Part shown: positions 12,245 through 23,025 of the stretch, piece after piece
Numbering within the stretch: the first letter of the stretch is position 1
How the letters are laid out: each line of letters starts with the position of its first letter
The notes under the pieces: model-generated
Told to the model about the DNA's origin: nothing
The model's database searches: none
What the model saw: only the letters and a program-made list of their open reading frames with translations
From: Lytechinus pictus
Lineage: Eukaryota
NCBI RefSeq assembly: GCF_037042905.1
Contig: NC_087251.1
Location: forward strand, 22,198,001-22,262,000
Direction of reading: 5' to 3'
DNA length: 64,000 nucleotides
Program-made: the position numbers and the translations under genes

Positions 12245-13280
12245 AAAAAATATGTTTTGTCCGACAAGTTGTCAGATCTGACAACTTTTCTGGATTTTGA
12301 TTGGCTGTTGCTATGGTAACTGTCGGATAAAATGGGACTTGTCGGATAAAACGTCTGACAAGTCCTTTCATGAAACGCTCCCCTGGGGAGCGTTTCATCC
12401 GACAAGTTAGGTGGTTTCAGACCGCCTCGAAGTTCGCCAGTTCCAGGTATTCTCTGATCGGGAAATTTACCCCGATCAGAAAATACCAGGTATTTTGGCG
12501 GTGTGAAAGCAAACTACGCGTAATATCCCCGAAAGAAAATACCCGATAAATAGTAGGTACTTGGCGAAATTACGAGAACTTTCGCGGGGATTTTTCCAAG
12601 GTCGTGGGTATTTTGGCGGTCTGAAAGCAAATTACGGGAACTTTTAGCCCAGCGTGTCGTTGGGTGCGGCGCCGTGCATGGGTTGCTGCTGGGCTAGTGA
12701 TTTTGAATTTCGCGCCTTGCTGCTTATCAGACCATACTGCGCATGCTCGTAACTTCAGGAACTTATCCCGAAGGGTATGTTTCAGGGCGGTGTGAATGCA
12801 GGAATAATTAATGGGTATTTTTCAGCCTAAAAAAGTTCTCGTAATTTAACGGGGATTCTTGTGATCGAGGCGGTTTGAAACCACCTGTTGTCAGATCTGA
12901 CATCTTTCCATGATTTTGATTGGTTGAGAGGCACTGTTCCTATGGTAGCTGTCGGATAAAATGGGACTTGTCGGATAAAACGTCCGACAAGTCCTTTCAT
13001 GAAACGCCCCCCTGGGGAGTGTTTCATCAACATTTTCATCCGACAAGTTGTCAGATCTGACATCTTTCTCTGATGTTGATTGGCTGAGAGGTACTGTTAC
13101 TATGGTAACTGTCGGATAAACTGGGGGCGTTTCATCAATATTTTTGTCCGACAAGTTGTCAGATCTGACATCTTTCCTTGATTTTGATTGGCTGAGAGGC
13201 ACTGTTACTATAGTAACTGTCGGATAAAACAGGACTTGTCGGATAAAACATCCGACAAGTCCTTTCATGAAACGCTCCCC
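12245..13280. mobile_element. Head-to-tail cluster of about 4 copies of a ~160-bp Harbinger-like MITE joined at CC(C)CTGGGG
   Basis: Repeated GACAAGTTGTCAGATCTGACA...GATTGG...GTTACTATGGTAAC...TTCATGAAACGCTCCCC; junctions at ~12383, ~13012 and ~13122. Confidence 0.8.
12409..12886. mobile_element. Harbinger-like MITE nested in the MITE cluster
   Basis: 22-bp TIR AGGTGGTTTCAGACCGCCTCGA / TCGAGGCGGTTTGAAACCACCT; 3-bp TSD GTT splits the host sequence GACAAGTTGTCAG. Confidence 0.85.
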
Positions 13281-13639
13281 AATTCCAAACAAAGGCAAAA
13301 GCACAGAATGGCCTGGAACTCCTGCCAAGAATCGTTTCACTTTCAATTAATTTTTCCGTCAAATTTTAGGTGCGCAGATCTGTGATTTTCAAAAGAATTT
13401 GATGCATGCAAGTTGCTTTGTTTACAAATATAAATTAAACTTTTTCATCTTTTTGAAAGTGGCAGGGCCAGGGTGGTCTAGAAGTAGAATAGATCTAGAC
13501 CCTAGAATGAAGAGCAGGAAAATAAGGGGTAGACTTAAAAGATGGATCAATTTCAAGTGTGAGTAGATCGAACAGACTGAATTTTACTTTTAGTAGAGGG
13601 ATCCGGATGTAGGCCTAGATCTAATAGAAAAAGAAGCTC

Positions 13640-14030
13640 CCATCACACGGTCCGACGGCGACGTTAGTCGCCTTGCTTGCCCGGGGCGTCAGCTGGGCGG
13701 TACTAGTACATGCAGCACCCGCTCACTGCAGTCACAATACACGGTAGGTTACAGTAGGTTACGGTACCAGGTTAACTGAAAAAAAATCACTAACTTTGCA
13801 CGATGCGAAAACACGTTTAACAAACATGATTTACACAACTTACCACTCAGCTGGACTGCTTTGTTTGTAATCCACGGTAATTTTGTACTTGATTCATTAA
13901 CATAACATGTTTCTTTGAAAATTTTTGGCTCAGGTTACTCGCATTCCACGGGTCGAGTTGAGTCATAGCGTCGGTGGATATTGTTGTTGGCTTAGGTCAC
14001 GTGACATGTATACGTGCATTCGAGCGTAGT
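13640..14030 (-). promoter_or_regulatory. Candidate promoter and non-coding first exon of the ninein-like gene
   Basis: Local CpG enrichment; minus-strand donor G|gtaagt at 13843; palindromic E-box GTCACGTGAC at 13996-14005; the first coding exon has an upstream acceptor and so needs a 5' exon. Confidence 0.45.
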
Positions 14031-14330
14031 GGGATGATGATTTGAATAGACATAATGAATGAAAGAATGGGGAATGGGATATTCCGGGGGATATTGGGGA
14101 CCCATTGGGAACAATGGGTCTTGGCTAGCGCCTGGGCATAAATGTCATACTGGCACTCGGCTGGCATCCCTTGAAGAAATTTATCCTGTCCGGCCTGGAT
14201 TTGGTAGTCGTGATGTGTTACTGTGTTTCCATATCTTAGCGGGCCGGGATTTCTGTGTGTGTGTGTATTTGAGTTTTGTCAGACGCGTATCAATCAGATA
14301 TGATTATTTACGTCTGGGACCGACCTTTAA

Positions 14331-14913
14331 AGGAGAATGAAACTCTTGGAGCAAGTTAGCTTTTGTGAAAGCAGAAAAATCCAAGAATAAGATCAACAAA
14401 ACTTTGAGTAAAATAGGACTAGCAATAAAAGAGTTATGAGCATTTGAATGTCGAGATCACTAATGCTATGGAGATCCTCCCATTGGCAATGCGACCAAGA
14501 TCTGTGATGTCACACACGTACAACTCTCCCATTCGGACACTGAAAATATACCCCAAAACATCTCTTTTTGCTCATTCTAATCATATGACAAACGATTCAT
14601 CAATGATATAATGTTGTGAAACCTCTGTACTTGTCATCTCATAAAGAAAACACCTAACCTTGTGATAGACTCTATAAAAGTGAGAATATAAGTGAAATAA
14701 GTACTAAAGTAATGAGGGAGTTGTACGTGTGTGATATCACAGATCTTGGTCGCATTGCCGATGGGAGGATCTACATGGCACTAGTGATCTCAATATTCAA
14801 ATGCTCATAACTTTCTTATTATTCATTCAATCTTCCTCAAACTTTCAACAATATGTTTCTTTGATTTTTCTCTTTGATATGGATTCAGCTAGTTTCAAGG
14901 GTTTCATTCTCCT
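14331..14913. mobile_element. Kolobok-like MITE (TTAA TSD), copy 1
   Basis: TTAA|AGGAGAATGAAAC...GTTTCATTCTCCT|TTAA; near-identical copy at 52765-53358. Confidence 0.85.
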
Positions 14914-15056
14914 TTAACGTCACAGGGACGTCACCATCCGAAAGACGTGATCAGGGCTCGAACCTCTGCATCAATTTTCAACTTCCCCACAGCTTGGATT
15001 ACAGGCGCACGCCACAACGCCCAGTCTGTCTTTGCATCATTCCCTTTTATTTACTT

Positions 15057-15297
15057 TAGGATGGGGGGTCGGGTGTCCGGACACTTGATATTTTTGAAGC
15101 CTTCTTTTTTGTCTTTTGATTACACTAAAAATATAAATTCAATAGTTTTAATCATCTCCTATTTTGTTCTCTATAATATTTCTTAACATTTTGTACTAAA
15201 AATTGATGAAACTTCACTTGTAAATTCTTCCAAATGACTTTCTAAAATTGATCGTTCGGACACACAACCTGTCCGAACACACAACAACTGGGTATAT
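15057..15297. repeat. ~240-bp interspersed repeat of unknown class, copy 1
   Basis: TAGGATGGGGGGTCGGGTGTCCGGACAC...CACACAACAACTGGGTATA; second copy at ~45112-45351. Confidence 0.8.
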
Positions 15298-15733
15298 AGT
15301 ACCTCTGAATGAATAGTTGATTTTTTCTATATATATAATAGTACCCCCACAATCCCAGAGGTACCGGAGGGGGGGGGGGGCACTCACATATCCTTTTCTG
15401 CCTTGAGCGATTCCCAACACATCACTTTCACACTTTTTCATTAACCAACCCATGGTCATGCACAGAATTTTTTTGTTTAAAAAAACAAACAAAAACAAAA
15501 CAGGAAAGAGAGAGAGCAAATTGACAGACCTTGTCGATCGGGGTGCTTTTTTTTAAATATTCTTTGTAAATGAAATTGAAGGATTTCATGTATACTTTTG
15601 TGAAAATTTTCAGTGGAAAAAATGTAAGTTATCAAAATGTCAGGGGGGTGGGGGGAATTGCCCCATACCCCCCCCCCCGTTGTGCCGTACGGCCACCCGT
15701 TCTCCCATGTTCCTAAATTTCGTAAGGCCTTAA

Positions 15734-16315
15734 GGGTATGGTTTCAAATTTTGGGCCACAAAGCAAAATGCTAAAAATAAAAAATTAGATAACAAATAAC
15801 GTGACGAAGTTATTGAATTTTTTTAGAATTTGCATTATGCCGGTGAAAGAGTTCTAGCGAGGCATGTCTTTATGAATATTCATTAGGTGGGCTGATGATG
15901 TCATACCCCCTCTTGTTCTTTTGTATTTTATCATATGAAATTAGGTTTATTCAAAAGAAATTTCTACCAAGAACTAAAACAATTGGATTGACAACTGATT
16001 AAGTACATTAATTAGTTATTGCCGCAACTTATTTCGTCATAATGGAGAAACATCATTTACACATAATAAAAATGAAACATTTATTATATCATGTAATAAC
16101 ATAAGAAAAAGGGAAGTGGGGATGTGACATCATCAGCCCACCTTATGAATATTCATGACAATGTGCATACAACTGTTTTCACAAAATATTGATAAACTTT
16201 AAAATGCAATAACTTAGTTATTTGTTATCCGATTTCGGTGAAATTTTCAGCATTTTGCTCTGTGAATTTTACTCTATTTATGTAGATATAAATATTTTCA
16301 GCCTGGACCATCCCT
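15734..16315. mobile_element. Kolobok-like non-autonomous element, degenerate left end
   Basis: TTAA at 15730-15733 and 16316-16319; internal inverted blocks ATGAATATTCA..GGTGGGCTGATGATGTCA / TGACATCATCAGCCCACC..ATGAATATTCAT. Confidence 0.6.
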
Positions 16316-16512
16316 TTAAAAGAGGTGTAAGAGATGTGAGAAGGGTATAAAACATGCCAACATCACAAAAAAAGGGCATACTTCTCAACCCTGGATGTAC
16401 GAAAAGAGTATTTGATGCAGATAGAAGAAACCATGAACAATACTTGTTTAGGGTCCATTTCGAAAGTCTATGCAGCTTCAAACGACAGTGCCTGGGCCCC
16501 TCAATCTATATT

Positions 16513-16565
16513 ATAATAATGATGATGATAACAATAATAATAATAATAGAATAATAATAATAATA
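16513..16565. repeat. (AAT)n microsatellite
   Basis: Imperfect ATAATAAT run. Confidence 0.85.
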
Positions 16566-16854
16566 GAGGATATTTATCAAGCATATAACTAGTATAGTTC
16601 TCTATGTGCTTTATAATTACAAATTAACAAAATATGAATACTAGTATAAAAAGACAAATGATTCAATTATAACAAGAACATAAACAAAATATACTTTAGT
16701 TTACTCTACAATATTGTAGAACTAAGCCTGTTCATTGATCAAAGTAGAATGTCTATTGCTGCTCTCCTTCAGACAAAATTAGATGCACGACTTGTGTTGG
16801 CAGGGGTATCGTAGACAGCAAAAAATTCCATTAAAAACACATGAAAATAAAAAA

Positions 16855-16985
16855 TCACTCAAAATCATAGGCAACCTTCTCCCAATGCTTATCCAGTCTA
16901 TTCTTAAATACAATCACTGAACAAGCAGGAACTGCATCTTCTGGGAGACTGTTCCACACATCTATCACTCGGTTAAAATAACTTA
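16855..16985 (-). mobile_element. 3' fragment of a CR1-group LINE (end of ORF2)
   Basis: Translation FNRVIDVWNSLPEDAV..CSVIVFKNRLDKHW matches the C-terminal motif of CR1/L2-type ORF2 (RV..WN.LP..V...S...FK.RLD). Confidence 0.75.
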
Positions 16986-18363
16986 AAATATCAAAGAAAA
17001 GGTGCAACCTATGTATATGAACGTAAACCCAGCCTAGATCTGGATGCATTCAAGTATTCTCAAACCTGCAGCCAGCTATCAATGAATGGGTGCAGGGATA
17101 AAACAATCACATGCACTCAGACCAAGACTCAAACCCTATTCTGTGCATTCACCCAATTGAGCTCTCTCTACACTCCCCATCTCTGTCTCTTTGATCATAA
17201 ATACAACCATAAAAGTTACTTTCATTGAAATCAGAGATGAAGCAAAGTAATTTTGAAGTTGGGAATTTTTTTTTACTCAATCAATGGTGAATATCATTTC
17301 CAGGGACTGATTAATAGGTAGGTTTATCCCGGGCAACATCTTCAATTTAGCCAAAGTTTGCTTTTCACCTCCTTCTTTTATGAAAATTCCCACCATTGGG
17401 AAGTATAATTTTAAAAGAAGGGTAGAAATCGTCTAAATTATCATAAATCAGACTGTTTACAAAGTGCTTGCAAGAGAATTTATTAGTATTCTTTCAGTTA
17501 ATTTGAACCTCAAATAAAAAGATACTTTTCACTCATATTTTCATAAAATGAGCAAAATGCGATTTGCTCCAAATCCGGATCGTGGAAAAGTTGTAAGGTG
17601 TGCAATGGCCTTTATTTAGATATTCATACTGGCATCTCTGCCATAATACCATGCAGTACCTGACAGATTTTAAAAACGTGTCTTGCATATATTCACTCCA
17701 AGAACAATTTGTGTAGCAAAGTCTCACAAGTACTGGGTAAACTCTGAGTAACTAGTTGATCCCCCAAATTTTGCCATGAAAAGATGTTACCATGACAATG
17801 TATGAATGTAGTACCTGAAAGAGTACCTGTGTTTCATGAGCATTGGGCAATAATTGAGGAAGAAATTTGCTTCTGCAGGATTTTTCCTTGATTCATTGCA
17901 ATATTTTGTTACCATGGAATATCTGAAAATGAGACTTTTGCGTCTTCACTCCAAGACCAATGCGTGTGCAAAGTCTTGTGAGCATCCACCTGAAAATGAG
18001 GATGCATTGCAGATCGATCGATCTTCTCTCTCTCCCAACCATAAAACGGTTTTCTGATTCCTATATCCCCTAAATCATTGTTGGGTGGGGAATATAATAT
18101 AAAAGAGTATCACAGGTATCCTTGCAGTATCATATTTCTTATCCAATCAAGTCTGGCGTTATAAAATCAGTAGATTTCAGCACATGAAATTACCCCCTTC
18201 CCACACCTTTCAGGATGTATTCAAACAATAACTCATGTTGGTAGAAATGAAGACAACACAATATAAATGCATAAGTGTTTTTAAAACATACATGTATATT
18301 TAACTATCCAAAGAGAATATCACAGCAATGAGATGTCGAATTGGGCTGATGTAAGTTCATTAA

Positions 18364-18807
18364 CAGAGCTGCCAAGTTGTATTTTGCATTTTCAGTATTC
18401 TTATCCCCCAAAATCAGTATTTTGACAAAAAAAAATCAGTATTTTTACTGTGTGAGATAAATATTTTTCCCCCCAAAAGTGTATTTCATAATAAAATGCT
18501 TGGCGCACTCGCCCATCACGGCGCTCAAGCTGCATGCAAGCTAAAATGCGCACTGCTCTTGCAGATGAAAAAAAAACCCCATTGAAACTTGTGTATATCT
18601 CACCCTGGTTTTTACAAAATGATTGAAAAAAAAAAAAAAAGTTACCTGAAATTACATTGATCTAATAACCATATTTGCGTACGTTTTATGAAATAGAGAC
18701 ATATAGAGATGATTTTTCTCAATAAATTACGATTTTGTAAAAAAAAAAAAAATTTTGGTTGCAAAAACATACTAAATACGGCTAAAATGTACTGGTTGGC
18801 AGGTCTG
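18364..18807. mobile_element. TIR MITE with 6-bp TSD (CAGAGCTGCCAA family)
   Basis: Termini CAGAGCTGCCAA / TTGGCAGGTCTG; CATTAA duplicated at 18358-18363 and 18808-18813. Confidence 0.8.
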
Positions 18808-18973
18808 CATTAAGCCTATGCTTAGCTTTGAATATCACAACATCGAACCACATGTTAAAATCTGAATGGATTACTCCCCATTATTACCTATATAACAATA
18901 CTACCAAAATAAGAATAGTAAATGATAATAGAAATAATGATGTAAAGGTCGCCACTTCTATCAATAAGACCTG

Positions 18974-19118
18974 GGGCCCATTGCAGAAAGAGTTGCAATC
19001 AATCGCAACTCTAAAAATCATGCACAATTTGATTTTCAACCAATCAACAGCGCGCATTTGGGACTTGCGATTGATTTTTTGACTTGCGTTTAAACGCAAC
19101 TCTTTCTGCAACGGTCCC
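18974..19118. mobile_element. Short Harbinger-like MITE with CTG TSD
   Basis: GGGCCCATTGCAGAAAGAGTTGC / GCAACTCTTTCTGCAACGGTCCC; CTG on both sides. Confidence 0.8.
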
Positions 19119-20866
19119 CTGGACAACATATTGCTACTATATCCCTTCTCTATGTAAAAGGCAACACATGATACAGAAAACAGATTAATTAATTGTGAGT
19201 TTAAAGTTCTTTTTGGAATAATTATTATGTTGATAAAATTTTTATACTGGTATGCTCTTAAAATAAACCTTGATATGCAATGTGCGAGATCAGTCAGCGC
19301 TTTCCTTAGAAATTCAAGTACTCTCTTAAGTGAGCAGGAAATTTCTGATGATGTAATTGATTATTGTAAATGTATGCTCATCCTTTCAACAATATTCTGC
19401 AATCATACTTCTGGCTGCAAAAGAATTTTTAATAAAGCATTACCATCAATATTACCACTGTCAAAGTGCAAATGCACAAGCTTTTGTACACATTAAAATT
19501 TACTGATTGATGCTTAAACAACGGATGCAATCAGTAACAATAACATCATAATTGCTAAGTTTTAAATTCATAAATAGTGCATATCGCATGTGTATAATAT
19601 AAAGGTATCTTTATTTATTTATTAATGGTATCTATGTATCTCATGAATTTGAATATTTATTTAGTACTTGTATAGTGCAAAATATTTATTCAAACTGTAG
19701 CTGTGATTAAAAAATAGTCTTGAATCTGACAAAGGCAAGTATTGATCCAGAACTTTCCTCTATAAATTGCAAGTAAAAATACAGTTCCCTTGCAAGAGAG
19801 ATGGTGATATCGGAAACATGTGTGTAACTATTTTCTCACATTTGATTTTGAATTAAAATTAAAACAAAGAAATATTGATGTGAACTCTTCTTATTCTTTG
19901 GTACACAAAGGAAGATTTTAAGTCCATGTATATCATGGTCCTGTTTCATAAAGACTTGTTATGATAACAAATCCACAAGTTTAGTATAAACCAATCAGAT
20001 TGATGGTTTTCAATGGCTTTAAATTGTTATTGTAATATTTTATGAAACGGGCCCCCAGTAAGGGGCACATGGACTAAAAAGATAGGAAATAAATATGAGC
20101 AGATGTTGATTAAGCTTTCAGGTTAATTATTCCTGTCTCTGAATATATGGGGAAACAGAATATTATATCCAAGATATCCGCAATAGCAACTTCATGTCGA
20201 AATAGCGTACCATTTTACTGTTAAAATTCTTCCAATAAGCATAGTCTCTGTGTGTCCCATACCACTGTAGTAGCTGCAGAGTCGGTCGCTGGATGCTCTC
20301 AAGCCATGTTAAATGGCAAACTTCAATTATTTGGTGCTTTTGTAGATATTTTGTGACTTCCATCTCCTATGAGACTTTCAGGTAGTTTTGTTTACACACT
20401 GGGAATAAATATAGTATACCAATCATGCCAACAAAGATAATCATCTCTGTAAAGTCCTCTGAATGGAAAGTAAAACCTATGAGGATTTACTTCATGAGAG
20501 CATGATTTGTAAAGTCCCAATCTAATTCTTTGATCATATTGATAACATCAGCATAGACTTTTGTCAGTGTTGCCTCAACACTCATTGCACAAACCAAGGA
20601 AGATGACAGCAGAACACATTTATCAGATGAAGACCAATATTCAGGGTAAAGGTGCTTGTTACGATGACCCAACATCCAGGAAAAGCATCTACGATGATTG
20701 ATGTTCCACATCCACACATGCTATCTTGTGACACTGTGACTGGTAGAGTACTTGTGGCATTGTGAATGGTGCCCAGTAAACTTCTGCAGCAATTGGAGTA
20801 AGAATTGCCACAGTGATGGTGCCTCACTAAGGTATTTCTATAGTGTATTTGATATTCCAGTTTAAG

Positions 20867-20998
20867 CTATCTTGTGACATGTTGATAGGCTATCCTGCAC
20901 ACATCCAGGAAGACAACTGCTACAAGAACTGCCATGATTATTGATATCCACGGCAATTGTGATTTCATGCTTGATGAAGATTTCCCAAGAGACTGTTC
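20867..20998 (-). CDS. CDKAL1: CDKAL1 last coding exon (EQSLGK...WISIIMAVLVAVVFLDVCRIAYQHVTR*; tail-anchor TM)
   Basis: atgcag|GAA acceptor, phase 0, TAG at 20867-20869; hydrophobic segment as in ER tail-anchored CDKAL1. Confidence 0.8.
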   Translation of the reverse strand, partial: EQSLGKSSSSMKSQLPWISIIMAVLVAVVFLDVCRIAYQHVTR

Positions 20999-21351
20999 CT
21001 GCATCATAACACAAAAAATATGGAAATAAACTGGTAAAAATAAAACTCAGAAGAGAATATTTTATGACAAATAATGTGACAAAACTCTTTTCATCATAAA
21101 TAAAAGCACACAACAGAAAATTAGAGATATTTCTCTATTTATTTACTAAGCATAATCTATTTACATGTACAAACAAAAAAGGGCTCTTCAAAAACTATCC
21201 ATTATTCTCTATACTTTTAATATTCATCATTATACATGGATACATCTAAGCATGATATCCAATTTAAATAGAATATTCATATTTCCCAATCTTGTTCATC
21301 TGTACAATAGATAAGCATTTCCATGAAAATACCAAGAATTAAAGAACCTAC

Positions 21352-21510
21352 CTTTGCTGAAATCCTGTGTACTGATGCTGCTTGCAGTATTGGTAATTTT
21401 CTAGCAGGCCTTACTTCAAGAACCTTGCCCATCAAGAAATGCTTTCCAACTGACTCTATCTCCACTTCTAATGTCCTACCAAGATATTCCTTGTTGTGTG
21501 GTACCAGTAC
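21352..21510 (-). CDS. CDKAL1: CDKAL1 coding exon 11 (VLVPHNKEYLGRTLEVEIESVGKHFLMG...)
   Basis: ctgtag|GTA acceptor and AAG|gtagg donor; 159 nt; second half of TRAM domain. Confidence 0.9.
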
Positions 21511-22878
21511 CTACAGCAAAAATAAGCAACCACAGTTGCATATTGAACTTTCATTTTGTTTATTTCCATTTCAAATGATTACAATCTTGAAAACATATAG
21601 CAAATTTCTGAACACCAAAATTATACAGTCAAGAATATCATATAAACAGGTCGGGTTAAATAGGTATTGGACGTATAAAGTTCTACCAAGGGATGCTTTA
21701 CAATATTGTAACATTGAAATCCCTCTGAATAAACAATATAAACAGTATTTCATCTATGGGGAAATTAAAATTATATAATGAAAATTCATTGTAAGGACTG
21801 GGCCCCATTTTATAAAAAAGTTGCTGGAATGTCAACTACCATACCAACAGTAAAAATTTTGCTTTTTGATTGGCTCTTCCAGTGAAAGATGATATTCCAG
21901 CATGAGTTGCTATTAAAGCAACTTATCATGAATTCTCGCTACCCCAAATAGGAACAAAAATCTCATAATGCGCGAGACGAGATAATTTTCACTCCGTCCG
22001 GTCGTCATCACCACTTCCGGTTCAGAGTCATGCTCGCGCGAGGTTCGCGATACTGAGTTGGTACTGTGGTTGGTACGTACGGTAGGTATTTCCACCACGC
22101 TGAAATCGATGCCAATCAGCGTAATATGTACAAATTATAATACTTTTTATTTAATTTGGTCAGTTTTAATTCCATTTGAATTATAAATCAAATAAAAAAT
22201 ATATTTCACGTGAAAATAATTTTTATTTATGTTTTTATTTGGTTATTAAAAAATAAAACAAAAAATGAATATCTTAAAATTTTGCATTTAGCGACCGGCC
22301 TGACATCATGATCGTATTCGACTAGACGCTAAATATATACACTACAGCATTCATTCAGTTCAATTTTTCGTCGACCACAAAATGGAAAAAAATCGGTTTC
22401 GGAACTTAAAAAAATCTTAACTGACAGAGGAATACCGTGCAATGGAAAGCGTCGGGCAGACTTGAGCAGAAAAGGCCGTTAAACTATATCGTGAAAGAGA
22501 GGGTTGTGATCACGAACTTTCCGAGCGAAAGCGACGATGTGTTGTTGTGGATGACGGCACTGTTGATCTGAATTGCAAAACAGTGCATTGGACTTCCGAA
22601 CAGGAAGTTGTAATACCGAAAAGCTATCCCATAATGCAATGCGCATTACAGGGATTTTTTCCGGATCTCGGCGAATAAACACAATATTCTATGGCAAGAA
22701 TTGGGGCCCAGATATTAAAGTTTATGCTTAGCATTAGCTCCAATATCATAAAAATTCTCAAACAATAGAATGGACTTGATGACCTTGAGCTTTATTTAAA
22801 GGCATTGAGATTCATTTCTAAAATGCTCTATAAAACACACCCTAGATATTAGACAAAAATAAAAATGAATGCACAAAC

Positions 22879-23025
22879 CTGGTCATAGAACTTGTTATGT
22901 GATACCAGATACTGCTTGTCATGTGACACTTCTGTGACGAGGACTTCAAACCTCTCACCCACCTTATCATCATATGTCTGGTAGCTCTTAAATAGTGTCG
23001 TCAAAGCTTTTGTCCGACGCTTTTT
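22879..23025 (-). CDS. CDKAL1: CDKAL1 coding exon 10 ([15 protein letters not shown]...VLVTE...SHNKFYDQ)
   Basis: tcacag|AAA acceptor and CAG|gtttg donor; 147 nt. Confidence 0.92.

Noticed and set aside
12052..13385. ORFs of 65-151 aa with repeated peptides
   Set aside because: Translations of the tandem MITE units
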